Assembly: GCA_965203485.1 (NCBI GenBank)
Contig: OZ241892.1
Span: 1,088,001 to 1,152,000, forward strand
DNA length: 64,000 bases
Reading direction: 5' to 3'
Source of the DNA: Longimicrobiales bacterium
GTDB taxonomy: Bacteria; Gemmatimonadota; Gemmatimonadetes; Longimicrobiales; Gaopeijiaceae
Shown here: piece by piece, positions 50,600 to 60,660 of the stretch
Layout of the letters: every line of letters begins with the position of its first letter
Position numbering within the stretch: the stretch's first letter is position 1
The notes under the pieces: generated by a model
Told to the model about the DNA's origin: nothing
Databases searched by the model: none
The model's input: the letters and a program-made list of their open reading frames with translations, nothing else
Made by a program: the position numbers and the translations under genes

Positions 50600-51868
50600 C
50601 TGCAGTCGAAGAAGGGCCTTGACGGCCTGCCCGCCGACTTGGACGGAGCCGTCGTCGCCGTGCGCGCCGACCTCAACGTGCCCCTGTCGGGCGCCGAAGT
50701 GGCGGACGACATCCGCGTCCGCCGCACCGTGCCCACGATCCGTTGCTTGGCCGCGGCCGGCGCCCGCGTGGTCGTGCTCTCCCACTTGGGGCGCCCGGGC
50801 GGCGAGTTCGTGCCGGCCCTTTCCCTGGAGCCCGTCGCGACCCGCTTGTCGGAGTTGCTCGGAGCGACCCGCGCCGGCGCGGCCCGGGCCAACGCCGGCG
50901 GCGCGCGGCTCCGGTTCGTCCGCCACGCGCGCGGCGATCCGGTTGCCGCCGCCGTGGCCGCCGTGCCCTCCGGCGGCGTCCTGCTTCTCGAGAACACCCG
51001 CTTCTTGCCCGGCGAGACCGCCAACTCGCCGTGCCTCGCGGCCGAATGGGCCGCCTGGACCGATCACTTCGTCGCGGACGCGTTCGGCGCGATGCACCGG
51101 GCGCACGCCTCGACCGACGCCCTGCCGCGGGCCGTGCGGACGAAGGGCGGCGAGGCGGTCGCGGGCCTGCTCGTGGAGCGCGAGCTCGCCCTTCTGGGCC
51201 GTGCCGTCGACGCGGGGCGGCGTCCCCTGGTCGTCGTGCTGGGCGGCGCCAAGGTCTCCGGCAAGATCGCGTTCGTGGAGGCGTTGCTCGAGCAGGCGGA
51301 CACGGTGCTCGTGGGCGGCGCCATGGCCAACGTCTTCCTTCGCGCCCTCGGGCTGGAGACGGGAGCTTCGCTGGTGGAGGAGGAGGCGGTCGACGCGGCC
51401 CGGCACCTCTTGAAGATCGGCGGCCCGCGCTTGGCGCTGCCCGTGGACTGCGTCGTGGCCGAGCGAGTGGCTCCGGGCGTGCCGACGCGGATCGCCGAGC
51501 GCACGGGAGTGGCCCCCGGCGAGGCGATCGGCGACATCGGCCCCGTCACGGCGGAGCTGTTCGGCCGACGCGTCGCCGAAGCCGAGACGGTGCTGTGGAA
51601 CGGTCCCATGGGCGCGTTTGAGACCGAGGGATTCGGGGCGGGAACGAAGGATGTCGGCCTGGCGGCGGCCGCGGCCGCCGAGGAAGGCGCGACGGTGATC
51701 GTCGGAGGAGGCGACTCGGCGGCCGCAGTGGAGTTCGCAGGCGTGGCCGGCCGCGTTACGCACGTGTCGACCGGCGGGGGCGCCGCTCTGGAATTGCTGG
51801 CGGGCGCCGACTTGCCGGGCATCGCGGCGTTGTCCGACCGTCCTCCGCTCCTGGAAGAGTCGGCATGA
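50600..51868 (+). CDS. pgk: Phosphoglycerate kinase (start approximate)
   Basis: RADLNVP, SHLGRP, LLENTRF, HRAHAS, GGAKV, WNGPMG and STGGGA motifs. Confidence 0.96.
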   Translation: MQSKKGLDGLPADLDGAVVAVRADLNVPLSGAEVADDIRVRRTVPTIRCLAAAGARVVVLSHLGRPGGEFVPALSLEPVATRLSELLGATRAGAARANAGGARLRFVRHARGDPVAAAVAAVPSGGVLLLENTRFLPGETANSPCLAAEWAAWTDHFVADAFGAMHRAHASTDALPRAVRTKGGEAVAGLLVERELALLGRAVDAGRRPLVVVLGGAKVSGKIAFVEALLEQADTVLVGGAMANVFLRALGLETGASLVEEEAVDAARHLLKIGGPRLALPVDCVVAERVAPGVPTRIAERTGVAPGEAIGDIGPVTAELFGRRVAEAETVLWNGPMGAFETEGFGAGTKDVGLAAAAAAEEGATVIVGGGDSAAAVEFAGVAGRVTHVSTGGGAALELLAGADLPGIAALSDRPPLLEESA

Positions 51869-52647
51869 CGCCGCGAGACTCGTTTTCGCGGCGGCCCCGC
51901 GCCGCGCCGGTCGTCGCGGCCAACTGGAAGATGCACTTGGGGCCGTCCGGCGCCGGCCGTTTCTTCGCGGCGTTTCGGCCCGGCGCCGAGCACGCACGCG
52001 TCCGCCTCCAGTTCTTCGTGCCGGCCGTCTCGCTGGCGGCGGCGAGGGACAGCGCCGAGGTCCAAGCGGAGTTCGGCGTCCAAAACGTCCACTGGGAGCC
52101 CGCAGGCGCGCTGACCGGCGAGACGTCGGCCGAGATGGCGCGAGACGCCGGGGCCGCCCTGGCCTTGATCGGCCACTCCGAACGCCGGGGCCTTTTCGGC
52201 GAGACCGACGCCGAGGTCGCTCGGAAGACGAGCGCCGCGGTCCGCGCGGGCTTGATCCCTGTCGTCTGCGTCGGCGAAAGCCTGGAGGAACGCCGTGCCG
52301 GACGCCTGGACGACGTCCTCCGGCGCCAAGTGGAAGCGTTCGCCGGGCCGCTTTCCCGGGCGCGAGAGTGGATCGTCGCGTACGAACCGGTCTGGGCGAT
52401 CGGCACGGGCGAGACCGCGAGCCCGGGAGACGTTGCTGAAGCCCACGCGATCGTGCGCGCTGCGCTGGGCGACGCTGGGCGGATGCCGATCCTTTACGGC
52501 GGCAGCGTCAAGGCGGCCAATGCGTCCGAGCTCTTGGCCGTGCGGGGCGTGGACGGCTTGCTGGTGGGGGGCGCCAGCCTGGACGCGGAGGAGTTCGCCG
52601 GCATCGTCGCCGCGGCCGTCGAGGTCGCGCGCTCGGGTCGTCCGTAG
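51865..52647 (+). CDS. tpiA: Triosephosphate isomerase
   Basis: ANWKM, GHSERR, AYEPVWAIGTG, YGGSV and LVGGASL motifs. Confidence 0.97.
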   Translation: MTPRDSFSRRPRAAPVVAANWKMHLGPSGAGRFFAAFRPGAEHARVRLQFFVPAVSLAAARDSAEVQAEFGVQNVHWEPAGALTGETSAEMARDAGAALALIGHSERRGLFGETDAEVARKTSAAVRAGLIPVVCVGESLEERRAGRLDDVLRRQVEAFAGPLSRAREWIVAYEPVWAIGTGETASPGDVAEAHAIVRAALGDAGRMPILYGGSVKAANASELLAVRGVDGLLVGGASLDAEEFAGIVAAAVEVARSGRP

Positions 52648-52724
52648 GCGGGTCCGGGGCGCGGCTGGGCGCATCCGCTGGACGGACCCCGCTGGGCTGG
52701 GGCCGACCCGGGGAGCTTGCCGAA

Positions 52725-53549
52725 CTAGGCTGGGCTTGTGGCGCCGGGACGCCTTCGCGACCGGGCGCCGGTTGCGGTGCGCGCGGCCGCATCGCCGCCC
52801 GTGGACGTCGTGGCCGCGGCGCGCGCCTTGGCCGTCCGCCGGTCTGTCGCCGGACCCGCGGGATCGTCGGCGGCCCCGTAGCCGAACTCGTCGACCATCG
52901 CGGCCACGACGGCCGCGGCGGCGTCCCATGTGGCCACTTCGCGCCCCAGCAGCCGGCTCAGGCTCGTTACCGGTCGGCCTCGGATGCCGCAGGGCACGAT
53001 CGCCGAGAAGTAGGACAGGTCGGTGCTGGCGTTGAGGGCGAAGCCGTGGGACGTGATCCAGCGGGACGACACGCGCACGCCGACGGCGGCAACCTTGGCG
53101 CCGCCGGCCCAGATGCCCGTGGCGCTGGGCTCGCGGGTCCCCTCCAGGCCGAAGGCGGCGAGCGTGCGAAGCAACGCTCCCTCGATGCCTCGCAGGTACG
53201 CGTGCAGGTCCTTGCGGTCGGGCTTGAGGTCCAAGACGGGGTAGCCCACCAGCTGGCCCGGCCCGTGGTAGGTCACGTCGCCGCCTCGGCCGGCACGGTG
53301 GACCGCGATCTCTCCGGCCGCCAGCTCCTCCGGCGACAGCAGCACGTGCTCGCCACGGGCCGACGAGCCCAGCGTGATCACGTGGGAGTGCTCGAGGAGC
53401 AGCAGCGTGTCGGGTATCTCGTCCCTGCGCCGCTCGTCCACGAGCCGGGCCTGGAGCGCAAGACCCTGGCCGTACTCGACTCGGCCGAGCCGCCGCACGG
53501 CGAGCGTCCGCTTGGACCAGTCCGGCGCCGGGCGTACTTCGTACGTCAC
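52725..53549 (-). CDS. lipB: Lipoyl(octanoyl) transferase
   Basis: LLEH, RGGDVTYHGPGQLVGYP, KVAAVG, HGFALN and IVPCG motifs. Confidence 0.95.
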   Translation of the reverse strand: MTYEVRPAPDWSKRTLAVRRLGRVEYGQGLALQARLVDERRRDEIPDTLLLLEHSHVITLGSSARGEHVLLSPEELAAGEIAVHRAGRGGDVTYHGPGQLVGYPVLDLKPDRKDLHAYLRGIEGALLRTLAAFGLEGTREPSATGIWAGGAKVAAVGVRVSSRWITSHGFALNASTDLSYFSAIVPCGIRGRPVTSLSRLLGREVATWDAAAAVVAAMVDEFGYGAADDPAGPATDRRTAKARAAATTSTGGDAAARTATGARSRRRPGATSPA

Positions 53550-53622
53550 GAGGCGGCGCGACGGCGAAGTCCGGCGGCCTCGAGGGCGAAGGGGCCGCGC
53601 CGGCCGGGATTGCACCGGCGGG

Positions 53623-55122
53623 TCACGCTTCCGCCGGAAAGTCCTCCAGCAACTCCTTGAGCTGCGCGAGGAAGCGTGCCGCGTCGGCGCCGTCCACGAG
53701 CCGGTGGTCGTAGCCCAGCGAAAAATAGGCGCGCTTGCGAATCGCCATCGTGTCCTGGCCGCTTGCCGCGTCGGCGAGGACGACCACTCTCTTCTCGACG
53801 GCCCCCGTGCCGAGGATCGCCGCCGTTCCCCTGGGTATGACGGGCATGCCCACGATGGTGCCGAGGACCCCCGGGTTGGTGATCGTGAACGTGCCGCCTT
53901 GAATTTCCGCCGGCGCCAAGCGCCGCGCGCGTGCTCGCTCGGCCAAGTCCACGATCTTCTTCCCAAGGCCTGCCAAGCTCAGCGTGCTCGCGTCGTGGAT
54001 CACCGGAACGATCAGCCCCGGGTTGAGGTCCACGGCCATGCCCAGGTTCACCGACCCCCGGTGGATGACGCTGTTGCCCGAGACAGTTCCGTTGATCGCC
54101 GGGAACCCCTGCAGCACGCGGGCGCAGGCCCACGCCACGAAGGCGGTGTACGACACGCGCGCCCCCCGGGCGGCCCACCGCTCTCGGTTCTCCCTGCGGA
54201 TCCGGTCGATCGCGGAGAAGTCGATCTCGATGAAGGAATGGACGTGGGGCGCGATGCGCTTGGCCAGCACCATGTGGCGGGCCGTGAGGCGGCGCATCTT
54301 GTCCATTGCTTCGACGCGGTCGCCCTCGAAGACCGGAAACTCCGGGTGCTCCACTTCGTCGTGGAAGCGGTTCCACAGCGCGTCGGGGGCGGACGCGGGC
54401 GAGGGGACGGCTCTTTCGGCGGAATCGGCGGCCGTGCCCGCGCCGGCGGGCGCGGGCGCCGCCGCAGGTCGCGCCCCCGGCGCGGCAGGAGGCGCGCCTG
54501 CTCCCGCGTCGATGTAGGACAGGATGTCGTCCTTGGTGACGCGCCCCAGGTGCCCGGTGCCCGGAACGGCCGCCAGGTCCACCCCGGACTCGTCGGCGAT
54601 GCGCCGCACGACCGGCGTGGACTTGGTGCGCAGGCGCTCCTCGCGGGTCGCCGCCGCGCGGATGGCGTCGGCCGGCTCGTCTACCCCCGCCTGCTTGGGC
54701 GAGTCCGCGCCTGCCCGATCGCCTGCCGTCGCTTGTCGTCCCGCTTGCCCGGGCAAGGCTCCGCTCGTCGCGCCCGCACCGGTCCCGCGTACTCCGTCCC
54801 CGGCCGCCGGGGCGCCGGCCTCGGGTCGCGGCTCGCCGGCCTCCGTGCCGCGTCCGTCGTCCGTCGCGTCTCCTGCGCCGTCGCCGCTGGCGACGTAGGC
54901 CAGCACAGCGCCGACCTCCACCGTCTGACCCTCGGCGACCACGATCTCCGCCAGCGTGCCCGCCGCGGGCGACGGGATCTCGGCGTCCACCTTGTCCGTC
55001 GATATCTCCAGCACCGGCTCGTCCCTTTCGACCGCGTCGCCGGGCTTCTTCAGCCACTTGGAAACGGTCCCCTCGGCGATCGACTCGCCCATCTGGGGCA
55101 TCGGCACTTCGATCCGAGACAC
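53623..55122 (-). CDS. 2-oxoacid dehydrogenase E2 dihydrolipoamide acyltransferase
   Basis: Lipoyl domain EISTDKVD, E3-binding GTG..GRVTK.D, GGTFTITN and YDHRLVDG motifs. Confidence 0.95.
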   Translation of the reverse strand: MSRIEVPMPQMGESIAEGTVSKWLKKPGDAVERDEPVLEISTDKVDAEIPSPAAGTLAEIVVAEGQTVEVGAVLAYVASGDGAGDATDDGRGTEAGEPRPEAGAPAAGDGVRGTGAGATSGALPGQAGRQATAGDRAGADSPKQAGVDEPADAIRAAATREERLRTKSTPVVRRIADESGVDLAAVPGTGHLGRVTKDDILSYIDAGAGAPPAAPGARPAAAPAPAGAGTAADSAERAVPSPASAPDALWNRFHDEVEHPEFPVFEGDRVEAMDKMRRLTARHMVLAKRIAPHVHSFIEIDFSAIDRIRRENRERWAARGARVSYTAFVAWACARVLQGFPAINGTVSGNSVIHRGSVNLGMAVDLNPGLIVPVIHDASTLSLAGLGKKIVDLAERARARRLAPAEIQGGTFTITNPGVLGTIVGMPVIPRGTAAILGTGAVEKRVVVLADAASGQDTMAIRKRAYFSLGYDHRLVDGADAARFLAQLKELLEDFPAEA

Positions 55123-55235
55123 GTGGGCTTCTCCTGGGGACGACGGTTCGGGGGGGGGAGGGGGGGGGCGGGACCGGAACCCGGGCGGCAACCCGCTTCG
55201 AGGGCTTGCGGCGTCCGTCGGCCCGGCGCGCGGCT

Positions 55236-56252
55236 TCAGTACCGGGAAAGGTAACGTCCGGCCACGGCCACGTCGGCGGCGGACGGCAGGAAATAGTCCT
55301 CGAGAGACCCGGCGAAGGGCACCGGGGAGTCGATCGCGGTGACGCGGAGGATGGGGCCGTCCAGCCACTCGAACGCGCGTTCGTTCATGCGGATGGCGAT
55401 CTCGCCCGCGATGCCTCCGGTGCGCGTGTCCTCGTGGACGATCAGCAGCTTCGACGTCTTTTCGACCGACGCCGCGATCATGTCTTCGTCGAGCGGAGCC
55501 AGCGTCCGCAGATCGATCACCTCCGCCCGGATGCCCTCGGCGGCCAATGCCTCGGCGGCCTCCAAGCTGCGGTGCACCATGAGGCCGTAGGTGACGATCG
55601 TCAAGTCGTGTCCCTCCAGCGCGATGCGCGCCTTGCCCAGCGGAATCGTGAAGTCGTCCGCGGGCAGGAGCTCGCGAAGGTGCGGGGCGCGGTAGAGTCC
55701 CTTGTGCTCCTCGAAGATGACCGGATTGTCGTCGCGGACGGCGCTCTTCAGCAGGCCCTTCGCGTCGCTCGGCGTCGAGGGGTAGACGATCTTGAGACCG
55801 GGCGTGTGAAAGAACGCCATCTCCACGTTCTGCGAGTGGAACGGCCCCGCTCGGTTCCCGCCGCCCACGGGCCCGCGCACCACCATCGGCAACGGTCCCG
55901 CTCCCCGGTAGAGCGACGTCGCGACGTAGTTGGTCAGCACGTCGTAGGCCGGCGAGATGAAGTCCATGAACTGCATCTCGACCACGGGCCTGAGCCCCAT
56001 GTGCGCCGCCCCCGCCGCCGCCCCGGTGAATCCGCCCTCGGCGATGGGCGTGTCCACGACCCGCAGAGGCCCGAAGCGCTCCAGGAATCCGCGCGTGACC
56101 TTGAAGGCGCCCCCGTAGGCGCCGATGTCCTCGCCCAGGAGAAACACGCGGTCGTCGCGCTCCATTTCTTCCCAGAGCGCCTCGCTCACGGCCTCCAGGA
56201 ACGTTGCGGGCCGACGCGCGCGGGTGCGCGAGACGTGCTCGGGGGGCTCCAC
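55236..56252 (-). CDS. 2-oxoacid dehydrogenase E1 beta subunit
   Basis: GEDIG, DTPIAE, EMQFMDF, GPFHSQ and IDLRTL.PLD motifs. Confidence 0.95.
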   Translation of the reverse strand: MEPPEHVSRTRARRPATFLEAVSEALWEEMERDDRVFLLGEDIGAYGGAFKVTRGFLERFGPLRVVDTPIAEGGFTGAAAGAAHMGLRPVVEMQFMDFISPAYDVLTNYVATSLYRGAGPLPMVVRGPVGGGNRAGPFHSQNVEMAFFHTPGLKIVYPSTPSDAKGLLKSAVRDDNPVIFEEHKGLYRAPHLRELLPADDFTIPLGKARIALEGHDLTIVTYGLMVHRSLEAAEALAAEGIRAEVIDLRTLAPLDEDMIAASVEKTSKLLIVHEDTRTGGIAGEIAIRMNERAFEWLDGPILRVTAIDSPVPFAGSLEDYFLPSAADVAVAGRYLSRY

Positions 56253-56286
56253 GGCGGATGCGCGCCCGCGGTCCCCGCCGGGGCTA

Positions 56287-57351
56287 TCAGGCGACGCCGG
56301 CAAGGTCGGGCCGGGCGGGGGGACGCTCGCCGGGGTCGGGCGGATCCAGGCGCGTCCAGTGGGGAGTCTGGGCGGAGCCGGACAGGACCGGGGCCATCGC
56401 CTCGGCGCCGGCGGGATCGGGCTCCAGGCGCAACCTTGCCGTCGCGTGCTCCACCGCCGCCAGGGCCGCCCGCCGCGCTCGGCGCACACCGGCGTCCTCG
56501 CCGTCCGCCGGAGCGGCCGCGCGGCCTTGGCGCCAGTCCTCCAGCTCCTCGGCGGCGGGCAGGCCCATCTCCAGCAGCGTAGGTCCGCCGCCGTCCGCGG
56601 CCCGTTGCCGGGCATGGGCCGCCAGCTCGTGCACGCGGTCGAGCGGTCTGCCGGCCAGCGACACGGACTCGAGGCCGTAGTTGGCCGCCGCGTCGGCCGC
56701 GGAGACGGGGGCGTCCCGCTCCTTCTCGGAATCGCTTCGAGCGGCGCGCGCCCCGGCGGGCGCCAGCACGACGATCAGGGGGACGGCGAGCGCGGTCGCC
56801 AAGCTCATGCCCTCGTGCCAGCGTCCGGTCTCCAACGCCAGATCGTCTTCGAAGACCAGCGCGGCCCGAGATTCGCCTCGGCGCCGAAAAGCCAGCGCGA
56901 CCCCGGCCATCACCTGGGTCATGGCTCCGGGCGGGCCGTCGAAGCCGAGCAGTCCGCGGCGCAGATCGGTCCAGCTCCATCCCCCGGCGCGCGCCGCCGC
57001 CGCCGCCGTGCCCTTGGCGGCCGCCCAGCGCAGAAACTCGAGCGGCGTAGCGCCGAAGGCCAGCGCGGGCCCGAGCGACGTCGGTCCGGGGCAGCACACG
57101 TCGCCGCCCTCGGGTTGCCGGCGCATGGCGCAGGCGACGGCGACGCACCGCGGATCCACTCGGAAGCCGGCGGCGGGCACGGACTCCAGGGCGCCGTCCT
57201 TCAACAGGTCCTCGACGGCGGCCTCCAACGCCTGGGCTTGAAGGACGTGATAGAGGAAGTCGTCCCCATGCCGCGACCAACCGAGTCCGGCCGGCTCGGC
57301 GGGCGCCGCCGGCGTCACGCGCGCTCCGGCCCGGACGCGGAACTCCGCCAT
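56287..57351 (-). CDS. Highly divergent E1 alpha-like protein
   Basis: Directly upstream of E1 beta. AGVALAF, G.WHEGM, A..YG and GGGPTLLE are retained, but GDG/NN and the RxxGH loop are absent. Confidence 0.7.
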   Translation of the reverse strand: MAEFRVRAGARVTPAAPAEPAGLGWSRHGDDFLYHVLQAQALEAAVEDLLKDGALESVPAAGFRVDPRCVAVACAMRRQPEGGDVCCPGPTSLGPALAFGATPLEFLRWAAAKGTAAAAARAGGWSWTDLRRGLLGFDGPPGAMTQVMAGVALAFRRRGESRAALVFEDDLALETGRWHEGMSLATALAVPLIVVLAPAGARAARSDSEKERDAPVSAADAAANYGLESVSLAGRPLDRVHELAAHARQRAADGGGPTLLEMGLPAAEELEDWRQGRAAAPADGEDAGVRRARRAALAAVEHATARLRLEPDPAGAEAMAPVLSGSAQTPHWTRLDPPDPGERPPARPDLAGVA

Positions 57352-57466
57352 CGGCTCCGCGAGAGCAAGCGCGCTCGGCCGAGCCATGCCCGCCGGGCCC
57401 GACGGACACTGCCCGAGAACCGTGGTCCGGCGAGTCCCCCGCAACGCCGAGCGGAGGCCCGTCCGA

Positions 57467-57964
57467 TCAGTCGGCGCCTTTCGGCCGCACCCCGTCACCG
57501 GGTCCCCCCGCCGGAGGCTCGTCTCCGGAGCCTTCGGGGGGAGGTTCGTCTCCGGCCCCCTGCGGCGGAGGCTCGGCGGCCTCTTCGCCGTCGTTCGCCT
57601 CGGACGGTTCCGCCTGCGCGTCGCCGGGGTCGGGAAGGAGCAGCTCGCCGCCCGGCGACTCCCCGCCCAAGACCGGCGCGGGGGCGACCGTGGACGGACC
57701 GGCGACCCCTTCGAGCACTGAAGTGGGCGCTTGGCTCTGCGAGGAAAGGATCGCCAGGATCAGCGAGATCACCATGAAGGCCGAGCCGGCCGCCCACGTG
57801 GCCCGCGTCAGCAGCGTCGTCGCCTGCCTGCCGCCGAGCACCTCGGTCGCGGCGGCTCCGCCCCCGACCGCGGCCAGACCGCCGCCCTTGCCCGCCTGCA
57901 ACAGAATGACGACGGCCAGGAACACCCCGTCCAGCACCAGCAGAGCCAACAGGAATCCGTACAT
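57467..57964 (-). CDS. secG: Preprotein translocase subunit SecG
   Basis: Two hydrophobic helices around ILLQ.GKGGGL and L.RAT; acidic Pro-rich tail. Confidence 0.92.
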   Translation of the reverse strand: MYGFLLALLVLDGVFLAVVILLQAGKGGGLAAVGGGAAATEVLGGRQATTLLTRATWAAGSAFMVISLILAILSSQSQAPTSVLEGVAGPSTVAPAPVLGGESPGGELLLPDPGDAQAEPSEANDGEEAAEPPPQGAGDEPPPEGSGDEPPAGGPGDGVRPKGAD

Positions 57965-58365
57965 TGAGTTCGAAGCAGCCTTGGCGCGACGAGGGAAATC
58001 GGCGGCCGGCTCGTGTCGGCCGCACCGTGGCGGTGCAACATCCAAACATGCCGAGAACGGGACCGCGAGTCAACGTTTCGCGGTGCACCTCGCTTGGGCG
58101 GGCGTCCCTGCCGGATCGGTACGGGGGCACGTTCGCGCCGGCCCCGCGGTCCGCCGCCCGCCCGGCGCCCCAACGCGGACCCCGCAGGGCCGCGTGCCTG
58201 GCCCGCCGCCTCGACCGTGCGGTCGCGCTCCAGGGGCGGCGGCCGTACCGGACCTGCCTCGCCCGCGGTAGAATAGTCGGAGGTGCGCCTCCGCTCCCCG
58301 GTCCCGGCAGGCGCGCCGCGCCCCCCCGGCGCTCCGGCCCCTCGCCCCTTCTCGCCACCGCCGCC

Positions 58366-59487
58366 GTGAAGCAAGCGTTCCTCCTTCTGGAAGACGGCCG
58401 CCGCTTCGACGGCCTTGCCTTGGGCGCTCCCGGCGTCGCGATCGGCGAAGTCGTGTTCAACACCGCGATGACCGGGTACCAGGAGGTGCTGACCGATCCG
58501 TCGTACGCGGGCCAGCTCGTCGCGATGACCTACCCGCTGATCGGCAACTACGGCGCGAACGACGAAGATCCGGAGTCCGCCCGGCCCCAGGTCGCGGGCT
58601 TCGTTGTGCGGGAAGCCGCGCGCGCGCCGAGTTCCTGGCGGAGCCGCGAGTCGCTGGACGACTACTTGGCGCGCTGCGGGGTTCCCGGCGTTCGCGACGT
58701 CGACACGCGCAGTCTCACGCGCCACATCCGCGCCGAGGGCGCGATGCGCGGCGCCGTCGCGGAAGCGAGCGAGGACCAAGACGAGGTCATGGCCCGTGTG
58801 CTCGCCCATCCGAAGATGGACGGACTCGACTTGGCCTGCCGCGTCTCGACGGGCGAGCCGCGCGAGAGCCCTCCGGAGCACGCGGCCGCCCGCCACGTTG
58901 CGGCGTTTGATCTCGGGGTCAAGCGCAACTCGGTGCGGATGCTGGCGCGAAGGGGTTGCCGCGTGACGGTCTTGCCCGCGAACTCCACGGCGCAGGCCGC
59001 GCTCGCGCTCGATCCGGACGGCGTCTTCCTCTCCAACGGTCCGGGCGACCCGGCCGCGATGGATCGCGCCGCGAGAACGGTCCGCGCACTCGCCGAGGCG
59101 GGCTTGCCCGTCTTCGGCATCTGCCTGGGCCACCAACTGATCGCCCGCGCCTTCGGCGGCGCAACCTTCAAGCTGCCCTTCGGACACCACGGCGCCAATC
59201 ATCCGGTGCGCAACCACGACCGCGGGACCATCGAGATCACGTCGCAGAACCACGGCTTCGCCGTCCGGGCCGGAGACGGCCGGACCGTTGCCGGTGCGCC
59301 GGCGCTGCGGGTCACGCACACGAACCTCTACGACGGGACCGTCGCGGGGATCGTGCATCGCTCGCTCCCGGTGCTGGGCGTCCAGTACCACCCCGAGGCG
59401 GCCCCGGGACCGCACGACAGCCGCTACTTGTTCGACGACTTCGTCGCGTTGATGGACGCGCGCCGCCGCGCGGCGGCCGCGCCTTGA
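58366..59487 (+). CDS. carA: Carbamoyl-phosphate synthase small subunit
   Basis: GEVVFNTAMTGYQE.LTDPSY, SNGPGDP, GICLGHQ and QYHPEA.PGP.D motifs. Confidence 0.97.
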   Translation: MKQAFLLLEDGRRFDGLALGAPGVAIGEVVFNTAMTGYQEVLTDPSYAGQLVAMTYPLIGNYGANDEDPESARPQVAGFVVREAARAPSSWRSRESLDDYLARCGVPGVRDVDTRSLTRHIRAEGAMRGAVAEASEDQDEVMARVLAHPKMDGLDLACRVSTGEPRESPPEHAAARHVAAFDLGVKRNSVRMLARRGCRVTVLPANSTAQAALALDPDGVFLSNGPGDPAAMDRAARTVRALAEAGLPVFGICLGHQLIARAFGGATFKLPFGHHGANHPVRNHDRGTIEITSQNHGFAVRAGDGRTVAGAPALRVTHTNLYDGTVAGIVHRSLPVLGVQYHPEAAPGPHDSRYLFDDFVALMDARRRAAAAP

Positions 59488-59575
59488 CGCCGCCGCGCGT
59501 CCTCGGGTTATCTTGAGCGTCCTGGCTGGACGCCCGGCCCGGCCCTCGCCGCAGGCGAATCGGAGGAACAGGACG

Positions 59576-59941
59576 ATGAAGAAGGCGGAGCTGGTGGACC
59601 AAGTCGCCGACGCCATCGGGCCGGGGCTCAGCCGGAGAGAGTGCGCCCTGGTCGTGGACGGATTCTTGAATGCGGTCAAGCAGGCGTTGGCGCGCGGCGA
59701 GACCGTCCAGCTGCGCGGCTTCGGCACGTTCAAGCGCCAGGAGCGGAAGCCGCGCAGGGCTCGGAACCCGCGTACGGGCGAGCGCGTCGAGGTCCCGGCC
59801 CGCTCCGTCCCCGTCTTCAAGCCGGCCGAGGACTTCCGCCGCAAGGTGAACCGCGCGCATTCGGTGCGGGAGACGTCGCCCGACGCGCCCTACGTCTCCT
59901 TCTCGGTCCCGGGTTCCGCGGCGCCGACGCGCTTCGGATAG
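59576..59941 (+). CDS. HU/IHF family DNA-binding protein
   Basis: M.KAELV, LRGFGTF and ARNPRTGE motifs. Confidence 0.93.
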   Translation: MKKAELVDQVADAIGPGLSRRECALVVDGFLNAVKQALARGETVQLRGFGTFKRQERKPRRARNPRTGERVEVPARSVPVFKPAEDFRRKVNRAHSVRETSPDAPYVSFSVPGSAAPTRFG

Positions 59942-59956
59942 CCGGGCCGCCGCCCG

Positions 59957-60199
59957 GTGCGCGTAACCGTGCTTCTGTTCGCGGTCTACCGGGAACTGGC
60001 CGGAACCGGCGACCTCGAGGTGTCCTTGCCCGAACGGGCCGACGTGAGGGCGTTGCTGGCGAAGTTGCGCGAGCGCGCAGGCTTGGCGGGGTTGCCTGCG
60101 GAGGTGGCAGTGGCGGTGAATCGCAGGTACGCGGACCTGGGCACGCCCCTGGCCGACGGCGACGAGGTGGCCCTGATTCCGCCCGTGTCGGGAGGGTGA
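59957..60199 (+). CDS. moaD: Molybdopterin synthase sulfur carrier
   Basis: LFA..RE, AVN and DGDEVALIPPVSGG motifs. Confidence 0.94.
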   Translation: MRVTVLLFAVYRELAGTGDLEVSLPERADVRALLAKLRERAGLAGLPAEVAVAVNRRYADLGTPLADGDEVALIPPVSGG

Positions 60200-60660
60200 C
60201 GCCGGTGGCGTGGAGCGACATCGTCTTCGCACCGATCGTGCCCTCGGAGGTGCTGGAGCGCGTCGGCGCCAGCGGTCACGGAGCGGTCGATCTGTTCCTG
60301 GGCGTCGTGCGGGACGCCAACGACGGCCGGGCCGTGTCCGGCATCGAGTACGAGGGCTACGAAGCGATGGCGCGCGACGAGCTGGCCGCGATCGTGGCGA
60401 ACGCCGAGGCTTCGATGCCGGAAGGCGGTCGCGTGGCGGCAGTGCACCGTCTGGGCGTCTTGAACGTGGGCGAGGCCAGCGTCGCGGTCGCGGTGTCCGC
60501 CCCGCACAGGGCGCCCGCGTTCGACGCCGCCCGCCGGGTGATGGACGAGATCAAGGCGCGTCTTCCCGTGTGGAAGCGCGAGCGCTACGTGGACGGAGAG
60601 CCGGAGTGGCTCGAGGGCCGGACGCCCGCTCCGGCGAGGGAAGCCGAGGCCGGTTCGTGA
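60196..60660 (+). CDS. moaE: Molybdopterin synthase catalytic subunit
   Basis: GA...F.GVVR, YEGY..MA, HRLG.L, SAPHR and PVWKRE motifs. Confidence 0.94.
   Translation: MTPVAWSDIVFAPIVPSEVLERVGASGHGAVDLFLGVVRDANDGRAVSGIEYEGYEAMARDELAAIVANAEASMPEGGRVAAVHRLGVLNVGEASVAVAVSAPHRAPAFDAARRVMDEIKARLPVWKRERYVDGEPEWLEGRTPAPAREAEAGS

Noticed and set aside
58366..59487. carA without an adjacent carB
   Set aside because: Split carA and carB genes are common, and carB may lie outside the window.
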